DNA of 24,167 bases from a virus (lineage: Duplodnaviria > Caudoviricetes). The notes below the pieces were generated by a model that searched no databases, had not been told where the DNA came from, and saw only the letters and a program-made list of their open reading frames with translations. Shown in pieces: positions 1 to 8,800 of the stretch. Position 1 is the first letter of the stretch. Every line of letters begins with the position of its first letter. The stretch lies in the IMG/VR virus record IMGVR_UViG_3300049828_000491, positions 1 through 24,167 of that record, one strand, 5' to 3'. A program made the position numbers and the translations under genes.

Positions 1-2849
1 CTACCACCTGGACCAGTGCTTCTAAAGTTGTATAGGTTCTCGTAAGCTTGAAGTGCTCTTTGTTCAGCCAAGTTCTGAGAGTATTTATCACCAATTGCTT
101 GTAGAGCAGAAATCTTAGTAGCTTTTGTAATACTCTTAGCTCTAGCTTGTCTGTCTTGTTGTGTATCAAGAATTTGCAGATTTTGTAAATCAGCTCTGTT
201 TAGTGTATCAATGTTTCTTGCTTGAGTTTCCAAGAAGTTAGCTTGATTAGCTCTAAACTCCTCAGCTCTGATTTTATTTTTTGCATCAAGAGCTTGTGTC
301 ATAATTATTGACTGTGCTGCTTGATTATTACCTGCTGCCAACATTGCTGCTCTAGATTGTTTATCAACATCATCAATTCTATCTTGGAAAGATACTCTCT
401 GAGGAGTTAATAATCTAGGAGTGAACTTCTGTGCATATACAGGTTCTTCAGCATTATCCGTAAGAGCTGCTAATGGACCAAGTATCTGATTAGCACTTAT
501 ACCTCTTGCATCACTTGGTCTTAACATTGGTATTATTTCATTAGCAACATCCATCCAAGGAAACTTCTGTTTAGCTTTTGCTTTATCTTTTTGTGTATCA
601 GATGAAGCAACAGCTGTAGTATCTGGCTTGTTGATAGGAGTGAACTCTGGAATACCATACTTATATCTATGCATCTGGTATTGTTTGAATAGCTGTTGTT
701 CATTCACTCCTGGAATTAAATCTTCTGGAGAGTACTCTTCTAACCATTCTTCAAAGGTTAAGTAGTTAGGAGCACTAACAACAACCTCATCCATGCCTAT
801 TGACTTTGAAAGGTCACCCTTAGCATTACTTCTGAATGCCTCTATATCTTTTTCATTTCTAGCTGCATCAGCTCTGAACTGTTGTATAATGATAGCGTCT
901 TCTGGATTGTTAGGATCTAATGTTCTACCGTTGTAAGTAAATGTAGAGCCACTTTGTTGAACTCCTGTTTGTGCTTTCTTAATAGCTGCACCCAGTTTAG
1001 CTTTCTTAACTTTACCTTTAGCTAATGCATCAGCATCAATACCGTATTCTTCTGCTGTCTCATTGATAGCACTTTGCTTAGCAGCTAAGTCCATCTTCTC
1101 ATCAGCATAGTTCTTAAGTTTCATGTTAGCACCCATAACGTTTGCTCTTAGTGAGTCTAATGTTAGTTTGTCAAATGATGTATCTACATCAAGGTTATCT
1201 AACATGTTAATAGACTTGTCTAGTCTTTTGTTCTCTTTGTTTTCTTTCTTAGCAATATCAGCCACAACATTTTTGAATTTACGTTTTGAATTAGGTTCAA
1301 TCAGGTTACCAAATACCACTAAGTCCTCATCTCCTGAGCTACCGTTCTTTAACTTAACAGCTGGTTCACCACCTTCAACCTCTACAGGGCTATCACCATA
1401 CTCAATAGGCATACCACCATTTTCGTGAGAAGGACCTCTAAACATTACAGTCTCTCCACCATCAGGAAGATACGGATTAACAGACATAGGTTCAGCTTCA
1501 CCACGATACACTTTAAGATCACCACCCATAGCAAACATATCTGTAGAGAATGTATTGTTTTGTCTAAGATTACCACCAGTTCTCAGTGTGTCCATAGTTT
1601 TGTCTGGAGCAAGTAGTTCGTTTACATTATACTCACCAAATTTAGTGATCACTTGTGGTTGCCATGTATGACTTACCCATTCGTAATCAGAGGTCTGACC
1701 ACCATTCTTCATGAAGCTACTATATTGTCCTTGTATTCCTTGAGAAAAATCCTGACCAGTCATACCAAATACATTTTGATCAATGTTCTTCTGGTAAGCT
1801 TCCATCTTTTTCTTTCTCTTCTTACCAAACAATCCACCAACTAAAGAACCAAGTGCACCACCAATGATACCACCCACAGGACCAAGAATAGCTGTACCAG
1901 CAGCAGTACCAATACCTTTACCCAACTGAGAGCTTCCAGAAGGTCCACCACCAACTCTTGTAGCAACATTTGTTACAAAGTTACCTGCTTGAGGATTAGA
2001 CATAAATTGTCCAAATCCACTACCAGCAAGTTTATCTGCAAAGTCACCACCTAATTGAGCTTTTGTGAGTTTACCACCTTTGTAATATTGTTTCACCTGA
2101 GAAGAATCATCAAGTGGCTCATAGCCCATATCTGTGTAGATAGTGTTAGGAGCAAACGTGTTCATGATCTCTGTAGGGTTACCACCAATTGTAGCACCAT
2201 CCTCAGCAGCAAGAATGTTTGTTCCTGTGCCATAAGCAGAAGCTAATTGATTTGGTTCTACAATTACATCCTCTGGACGAACATATTGTCTCTTGATAGG
2301 TTCAGGTCTTGTTTGAGAAGCTTTTAACATTAGTCCTGTAAGCTTAGAATCTCTTTCAAGATTCTTAAGTTGCTTCTTCTCTTGCTTAAGAGCACCTATA
2401 CCACCAATGATATCTGTAGCAGCACCAATGTAAGATGTAGCAGGACCTAATCCTTTACCAGCACCTTTGGTTAATCCACCAATCCCTGTAGATATATCTT
2501 TTCCAGATTGGAAGTTACCAAACATATTAGAAAGATCAGTTGAGTTTCTTAAGCCAAATGCTGTTGGTGATTGAACACCAATTGATGTTGGAGAAGCAGT
2601 ATTCAAACCTCCACCAACTTTACCAAAACTGAATGGATCTGGTAGGTTTAATCCAAATTGTGCAATAGGAGGATTGCCAAAGTCTGTAAGCTGCTCAAGT
2701 TTCTTGAGTTGCCCTCTGTCTTGCTCACCACCATTAACAAGCTTCTTAGCTTCTGGATGTGCTTTAAAGAATGCAGCTTCAGTAGGAAACTTTTTGTAGA
2801 AAGCTTTCTCTGACTTAACACCTGCGATTTTTAAGAATTGAGATTTCAT
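1..2849 (-). CDS. Internal virion cargo/ejection protein with glycine-zipper membrane segment (crAss-like cargo protein); 3' end runs off the window
   Basis: Not in the ORF track because no stop falls inside the window. Hand translation from ATG at 2849 gives MKSQFLKIAGVKSEKAFYKKFPTEAAFFKAHPEAKK..., open in all segments I translated and still in frame at base 1 (...ALQAYENLYNFRSTGPGG). Contains GKGIGTAAGTAILGPVGGIIGGALGSLVGGLFG and GPSHENGGMPIEYGDSPVEVEGGE; lies downstream of the muzzle gene, where crAss-like phages encode cargo proteins. Confidence 0.8.
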   Translation of the reverse strand, partial: MKSQFLKIAGVKSEKAFYKKFPTEAAFFKAHPEAKKLVNGGEQDRGQLKKLEQLTDFGNPPIAQFGLNLPDPFSFGKVGGGLNTASPTSIGVQSPTAFGLRNSTDLSNMFGNFQSGKDISTGIGGLTKGAGKGLGPATSYIGAATDIIGGIGALKQEKKQLKNLERDSKLTGLMLKASQTRPEPIKRQYVRPEDVIVEPNQLASAYGTGTNILAAEDGATIGGNPTEIMNTFAPNTIYTDMGYEPLDDSSQVKQYYKGGKLTKAQLGGDFADKLAGSGFGQFMSNPQAGNFVTNVATRVGGGPSGSSQLGKGIGTAAGTAILGPVGGIIGGALGSLVGGLFGKKRKKKMEAYQKNIDQNVFGMTGQDFSQGIQGQYSSFMKNGGQTSDYEWVSHTWQPQVITKFGEYNVNELLAPDKTMDTLRTGGNLRQNNTFSTDMFAMGGDLKVYRGEAEPMSVNPYLPDGGETVMFRGPSHENGGMPIEYGDSPVEVEGGEPAVKLKNGSSGDEDLVVFGNLIEPNSKRKFKNVVADIAKKENKENKRLDKSINMLDNLDVDTSFDKLTLDSLRANVMGANMKLKNYADEKMDLAAKQSAINETAEEYGIDADALAKGKVKKAKLGAAIKKAQTGVQQSGSTFTYNGRTLDPNNPEDAIIIQQFRADAARNEKDIEAFRSNAKGDLSKSIGMDEVVVSAPNYLTFEEWLEEYSPEDLIPGVNEQQLFKQYQMHRYKYGIPEFTPINKPDTTAVASSDTQKDKAKAKQKFPWMDVANEIIPMLRPSDARGISANQILGPLAALTDNAEEPVYAQKFTPRLLTPQRVSFQDRIDDVDKQSRAAMLAAGNNQAAQSIIMTQALDAKNKIRAEEFRANQANFLETQARNIDTLNRADLQNLQILDTQQDRQARAKSITKATKISALQAIGDKYSQNLAEQRALQAYENLYNFRSTGPGG

Positions 2850-2867
2850 ATTCTAAGATAATAAATA

Positions 2868-4733
2868 TTATTCGTATTTGCTTAACCAACCACCATTCTC
2901 TTTTTTCTTTTTGTTGGGGTTGTTAACTGACAGCTTATCAGACTTTAACATACTAGCAATTCTTTTAGCTCGTTGTTCATCTGTTAAGTTCTTCATAACA
3001 CCTACATCACTACCGATGTAGTTGTTTTTTATATCCATCCAAAATCCTTCTGGATTAAAGTTGTATAACTCATATCCCAAGCCCATTAAGTTTGCTGCAC
3101 CCATACGAATAGCATCATCTAACGCAGGGGCATACTTACCTACCACTTTAGGAACCTTTAAGTTTCTAGCTACAGAAGCAGACATTGCTGCGTGTCTTAT
3201 AGCATCTAGTGGTCCTTCACTATCTTCTCCATAGTTGTAACCTTCTTTTTCAGCAATCTCTAATGTCCTATTTACAAATCTTGGATCACCAAATTTGCTT
3301 AGTTGTTTTTCCATAAAGCGATCCTTTGCTCTTAGCATAGGTTCTCTATAACTCATCAGACCACCATTTTGCATCATAGGAATCTCTGTAACAGATGATC
3401 CATCAAAAGTGTAGTCTTGATCAGGTTGCATCATTTGAGTGTCTCCTGTGTCAGATATACCCATCACAGGATAAGGAACACCTTGCATTGTTATCTCGTT
3501 AGAAGGAATGCGAGTTATCTCTCCTGGATAAGCCCATTGACCCATAGGATCTTCAATGATTCCACCTTCTTGATATTTACTCAACAATCCTCCGTGTTCT
3601 TTTTTCTTTTTACTTGGAGCAGCTAGTGACATAGGTAAACCTGTTTGTCTTTGAAAATATTCAAACGGATTAAATGGACTAGGAGAAAAAGGACCTGGAC
3701 GTTCCCACTGTGGTAAATTTGGTTTTACTTTGTAATCAAAATCTTCAGTTGGTTTATGTACTCTTCTTTGAGTTGATTTATTGTATTCCTCTATTGCTTT
3801 ATTATAATCAGCCTGTGCTTTTAAAAATTCTTTTTCTGTAGCAAACTCTTCACGAAATGGTACATATGCATATTTTGGTGGAGGAGGAGTTGCTCCTCTT
3901 GAGAACATCGCATCTATAACATTACTTGATGTTGGATTAAATCCTTCCCATGGTGAAAATGGTCTATATATTAAATTTCTAACATTTCTCCACGGACCAC
4001 TAGCAACATCTTCTGACTGACAAGATCCTAAATAACAATTACCATAATTAGAATCTTCTAATAACGATGCCCATTGTTCTGTAGGAATACCTGCATATTT
4101 AGTTCCGTGATGTCCAAATACCATTACATCATCATCTGGAGAAAGTCCAGCTAATGTATTTTGTATTTTTTGTTTAGTCTTAAGATCACCAGTTTCGTAT
4201 ATTGGTAACACCTCAACTTTAGTATTAGGACTCACTCTCTTATAGAAGCTCTTAACATTTTGAGATTCTTTTATAAAAGCTTTTGACTCCTCTCCCTCTG
4301 GTGCTTCTGCAAATACTACAACTCTTTTAGGTTGTCTTCCTTTGCTTGTTTTGCTACCATCTTGACTAATAGTCTTAGGTTTAAAATCAAGTCCCTCTTG
4401 ATAGTATTTCATCTCCATACCATTCTGTGCAGAAGGTTTTGTCTTCTTAGCATATGGACCATTAGAGGGAGCTCCCACACGTGCGTACATCATTCCTGTA
4501 GCACCAGGAAGTGATCCACCCATTTGCATTGTTCCACCCCATGCACCATTGTAATCAAAACCAATGTCTGTCAATCCACCCATAGTTCCCTCAATACCGT
4601 TCTCAGCATATGGAATTAATCCACTAGCTACAGCACCGAAGAATTTTCTTTGTTTGTCTGTAAGAGGTTTGCCATGCACAGATTTGTCGTGCAGGATTTC
4701 TTTTGCTTTTGTTTTGGTTAATTTCTTTGCCAT
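2868..4733 (-). CDS. Multidomain putative virion cargo protein (621 aa) with xxxGG motifs, a caspase-fold-like His/Cys domain and a DUF6973/Lipocone-like domain
   Basis: ORF track; start overlaps the upstream stop (TAATG at 4733). Motifs MVFGHHG...CYLGSC and DAIRHAAMSA...GLGYE...MDIKNNYIG; repeated MQMGG, AQNG, YQEGG, MQNGG, ENGG. Confidence 0.65.
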   Translation of the reverse strand: MAKKLTKTKAKEILHDKSVHGKPLTDKQRKFFGAVASGLIPYAENGIEGTMGGLTDIGFDYNGAWGGTMQMGGSLPGATGMMYARVGAPSNGPYAKKTKPSAQNGMEMKYYQEGLDFKPKTISQDGSKTSKGRQPKRVVVFAEAPEGEESKAFIKESQNVKSFYKRVSPNTKVEVLPIYETGDLKTKQKIQNTLAGLSPDDDVMVFGHHGTKYAGIPTEQWASLLEDSNYGNCYLGSCQSEDVASGPWRNVRNLIYRPFSPWEGFNPTSSNVIDAMFSRGATPPPPKYAYVPFREEFATEKEFLKAQADYNKAIEEYNKSTQRRVHKPTEDFDYKVKPNLPQWERPGPFSPSPFNPFEYFQRQTGLPMSLAAPSKKKKEHGGLLSKYQEGGIIEDPMGQWAYPGEITRIPSNEITMQGVPYPVMGISDTGDTQMMQPDQDYTFDGSSVTEIPMMQNGGLMSYREPMLRAKDRFMEKQLSKFGDPRFVNRTLEIAEKEGYNYGEDSEGPLDAIRHAAMSASVARNLKVPKVVGKYAPALDDAIRMGAANLMGLGYELYNFNPEGFWMDIKNNYIGSDVGVMKNLTDEQRAKRIASMLKSDKLSVNNPNKKKKENGGWLSKYE

Positions 4734-5599
4734 TATTTGTAAGAAATTTGACTTGGTGTAATAATAAACTGGCTTACTAAGTGTGCATCTGTTCTATTAT
4801 CAAGGATGTGTCTCACCTTAAGATCTTTTGCTCTTAGTGTTTCTTTCTTGAATGATCTCAATCCGTAGTCCATGTTAACTTGATTCACTATCTTATCAAT
4901 CGATAATGACTCACAGCTTCTTAGGAACAACGGTATACTCTTATCTTTCACAACGTTCCAGAATGTGTTATACTGATAGAAGTTGTCACTCTTAGTAAAG
5001 ATGATTGTCTTGCTCTCAGTGTTGTATATTGGATATTGGTTGTAAGCTTTTAAGTTGTTGATAGGCTTAGGAACAAGTTCTAATATACCAGAAGACTGTT
5101 GACCGTTGTACACAATAGCTTTGTTGAACCATCTGTCATCAGTTTCAATCTTATCACACTCATCACTCACTCTATCTGTATCTGGTAGGTATTTGTAAGC
5201 TTTGGTGTAATCTTTTACATTCTGAAGTATCTCATCTTGGAATTGGTAAGAGAATGGATACTCAATAACGTAAGGCTCTATGTTTCCATAGAAGTAGTTG
5301 TAGATTACAGGATTTCTCAAGTGAGTCCACACACAAGCATTTCTTGATGGGTTGTATGTAGCTGTAGCAAGTTCAATCTGTGTAATCTGCCCAATTCCAA
5401 AGTTACGAATACTTTTACATTTACCAATGGATTCAATAGTAATTGCTGTAACATTATCAGCAACGCTCACAGCAATACCAGCAATAAGTTCGTTTCTGGA
5501 TACATTAGTAGCCAGAACATTACCGAACATATCAGTGATGTTAAATTGTCCACTTCTTAGAGAGGACTTAGTAAGCTTTATGACTATTGTTTTTGCCAT
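4733..5599 (-). CDS. Putative separated C-terminal part of the tail stabilisation (muzzle) protein, with an N-terminal module shared with the 216-aa and 285-aa proteins
   Basis: 288-aa ORF. VWTH...YNYFYG...PYVIEY...FNKAIVYNGQQSSG...LRAKDLKVRHILDN resembles, from recall, the C-terminal region of crAss-like tail stabilisation proteins. The first ~65 aa align by eye with the N-termini of 16250..16900 and 16906..17763. Confidence 0.6.
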   Translation of the reverse strand: MAKTIVIKLTKSSLRSGQFNITDMFGNVLATNVSRNELIAGIAVSVADNVTAITIESIGKCKSIRNFGIGQITQIELATATYNPSRNACVWTHLRNPVIYNYFYGNIEPYVIEYPFSYQFQDEILQNVKDYTKAYKYLPDTDRVSDECDKIETDDRWFNKAIVYNGQQSSGILELVPKPINNLKAYNQYPIYNTESKTIIFTKSDNFYQYNTFWNVVKDKSIPLFLRSCESLSIDKIVNQVNMDYGLRSFKKETLRAKDLKVRHILDNRTDAHLVSQFIITPSQISYK

Positions 5600-5604
5600 G
5601 GGTA

Positions 5605-5856
5605 TTAGCTAAGCAAATGACTGTTTTCTAAAACAAATTGTTTTGCTGGCATAATAAATCTGCCAGTCTGGATCTGTCCACCAGTTTTCCTAATGTTAAT
5701 TGTAGCAGGTAATTGGTGGTTAGTTATAGCAATGAAGATCTCTCCATCAATGTCAAAGATTTCTTTGATCGTAATGAACTTATCTTCTGCTAGGTTAAAG
5801 GTTTGATCTGTTGTCAGAGCAAATCCTTCTACTAATACTGTGTTTAATATTTCCAT
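5605..5856 (-). CDS. Hypothetical protein (83 aa)
   Basis: Fills the gap between two genes in the same orientation with 5-11 nt spacers and an A-rich leader (AAATAAACTAAAATG). Confidence 0.7.
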   Translation of the reverse strand: MEILNTVLVEGFALTTDQTFNLAEDKFITIKEIFDIDGEIFIAITNHQLPATINIRKTGGQIQTGRFIMPAKQFVLENSHLLS

Positions 5857-5867
5857 TTTAGTTTATT

Positions 5868-8800
5868 TTAACATTCTGCAATTGGTGCAGAGTACATAAT
5901 AACTGATGAGTAATAAGCTGAACAACTGTCTTGAGAAACATAACTGTATGTACCAGTAGAGCTTCCATTAGAAACAAATATAGTTGGATATGATGTAGGA
6001 TCGCTACCAAACTGTTGTAATGTAAATGTATATGTAGGATGTGATGTTTGTGTTGTTGTACAAGTTGAGTCGTAGATGGTCACAACTACCTCATTTGTAG
6101 TAAAGAATCCAAAGAATCCATCACCACAATCAAAACTTCCACTACTTACAACATTATCCTGGAACGTGTATTTGTAAACAGGAGCTAATGTAGTACTAGT
6201 GGTTGTTGTAGTTGGAACAGCTGTTGTAGTAGTTGTAGTTGTAGGTACAGCTGTTGTTGTACTAGTGGTAGTTGGTGTTAAAGTTGTGGTAGTGGTTGTT
6301 GTAGGAACCTGTGTAGTAGTTGTTGTTGCACAAGAGCCACTATCAATTTGAACACCCACTGAGTTAATTTGTACAATCAAGTTGTAGCCAAATGATGGAA
6401 CATACAAGTTATACCATAAACTTCCACCATTAAATGGTGTTGTCAAGCTTGTATTAGTATAGAACACACTACCAGTTCCTGTATAAGGTACAGGTGTGTA
6501 AATAGTAGGTCCACCAGTTGAAGCACCACAAGCACCAGCAACACTTGCAAAACCTGTACCTCCACTACCTACTATTGCAGCAATGCTTGCTGGAGCAGTA
6601 GTAGTTGTACTAGTAGTAGGTGTTGCAGTGGTAGTACTAGTAGTAGTAGGTGTAGCTGTTGTTGTACTAGTTGTAGTTGGTGTTAAAGTGGTAGTAGTCG
6701 TAGTTGTTGGTGTTGCAGTAGTGGTAGTAGTTGTTGTTGGAGTAAGTGTTGTAGTTGTTGTAGTGGTTGGACTTAAGGTGGTTGTTGTACTAGTAGTTGG
6801 TGTTAATGTAGTAGTAGTAGTAGTAGGTACAATTGTTGTTGTAGTTGTAGTTGTAGTAGTTGGAGCAATTGTAGTGGTTGTTGTTGTAGTAGGTGTTATA
6901 GTCGTAGTTGTGGTGGTTGTTGCAGGAGCTATAGTTGTAGTTGTAGAAGTTGTATCACAAGATGAACTATTAATCTGAACACCAGAAGCGTTGATCTGAA
7001 CAGCTAGTGAGTAACCTGCTGAAACATTGTAAACTTTATACCACAAGTTAGCACCATTAAATGGTGTAGTTAATGTGTTATTTGTATAGAACACACTACC
7101 ATTACCAGTGTATGGAGAAGCTGTATATAATGTAGGTCCACCAATAGTTAAAGCACAAGCTGCACCAGATGAGAACTGACCATTTCCTGCACCTCCAGTT
7201 ACCCAAGCAATACTAGCAGGTAATGTAGTAGTAGTGCTAGTGGTCGGTGTTACTGTTGTTGTACTAGTAGTTGTTGGTACCGCTGTAGTTGTACTTGTAG
7301 TAGTAGGAACAGCAGTAGTTGTACTAGTTGTTGTTGGAACAACAGTAGTTGTTGATGTTGTAGTAGGACTTAGAGTAGTTGTACTAGTTGTAGTTGGAAC
7401 CAATGTGGTTGTGCTAGTTGTTGTTGGACTAACTGTAGTAGTAGTAGTTGTAGTTGGGACTGCAGTGGTAGTACTTGTTGTTGTTGGTAATATTATAACT
7501 GTTGTAGTAGTTGTTGTTGTTGGTGTTACATCTGTAGCATAACCAGCTAAACTACAATCTATAGTAGTAGTTGTAGTGGTGGTTGGAGCTAATGTAGTGG
7601 TACTAGTAGTAGTTGGAACCAATGTAGTAGTGGTAGTTGTTGTTGCTGGAGATACAGTGGTAGTACTAGTAGTAGTTGGAGATATAGTAGTTGTAGAAGT
7701 TGTAGTTGGTGTTATAGTAGTAGTACTAGTAGTTGTAGGACTTGCAGTGGTACTGGTAGTTGTAGTAGTTGGGGTAACATCAGTTGCAATACCATCTAAC
7801 GCACAATCAATTGTAGTTGTTGTGGTTGTAGTTGGAGTAGCAGTTGTTGTAGTTGTACTTGTAGTGGGTACTAAAGTACTAGTAGTGGTAGTGGTAGTTG
7901 GGCAAGTTACACAACCAACACTCACTTCACCATCTCCTATAGCAACAATAAGAACTTCGAATGTTATTGGATTAACTACTCTGTAGTAATAATCAGGTAG
8001 TAATCCTGCTAGAATAGTTAACGCAGGATCTGAATAGAATTGTACTCCAAAACATAAATCTGTTGTGTTGGTGTAAACAGTTGGTCCTGTTATAGATGAA
8101 TCAGCACAAGCTAAAGCTGTTGATCCATATGCTTCACCTTCTCCACCAAGAATCCATGAATAAAAACTAGCTGTGGTTGTTGTGGTAGTAGTAGATATAA
8201 TCTCTACAGCATATCCATCTAAACTACAATCAAAGGTTGTTGTTGTAGTGGTACTTGGTGCAATTGTACTAGTTGTAGTTGTTGTAGTTGGAGTTAGATC
8301 TACAATATAACCTTCTAATAAGCAGCTTTGTTCTACAGCTGTAGCAAGGAATCCACAAGGTATTGTTGTGGTTGTAGTTGTTGTTGGAGGATTTGGAATA
8401 ATCTCTGCAACAATAACCTCTAGAGGACTGCAGCAATCGTTTAGTCCTGAGTAGAAGAAGTTATTCTCAGCTATGTAGAAGTTTGGTAGATAACTATGGA
8501 AGCTAATCCAGCTGTTAGTATTAAAGTTGTAAGATACACTCCAAGACTTGTTACAGAAGTAATCCTCGTCAGTTAAGTAAACCTCTGTTCTAATAGGTTG
8601 ACCAGATATAAGTTCTTCAACTATGTAGAACTTACGATCTGTAGCATCGTAGATGATATCACTACTCTTAGGAATATAATCCAACTTGGTGAGAATTACT
8701 CTATCATACTTGCTATCAAATACACCATGTAGACCTACACCAGTGAAGTGATTGTCTGTGTTAACTTCTGGGAAGTATTTAAGAATCTCAAATGCCAAAT

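Noticed and set aside
1123-2246. Short plus-strand ORFs in an apparently empty left end
   Set aside because: The region is occupied by a long minus-strand gene (start 2849) that runs off the window.
6583-7986. Three plus-strand poly-valine ORFs that look like membrane proteins
   Set aside because: They are antisense shadows of the Thr codon runs in the 2267-aa gene.
6180-8390. Possible CRISPR array, microsatellite or diversity-generating retroelement repeat
   Set aside because: Repeats are in-frame, codon-degenerate and lack constant repeat/unique spacer structure; the duplicated domains differ at all base types and no reverse transcriptase is in the window.
5340-8436. Intein, intron or frameshift rejoining the two muzzle parts
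   Set aside because: No intein terminal motifs, homing endonuclease or intron-like structure seen; the downstream part has its own ATG and N-terminal module, and an intact 83-aa gene lies between.
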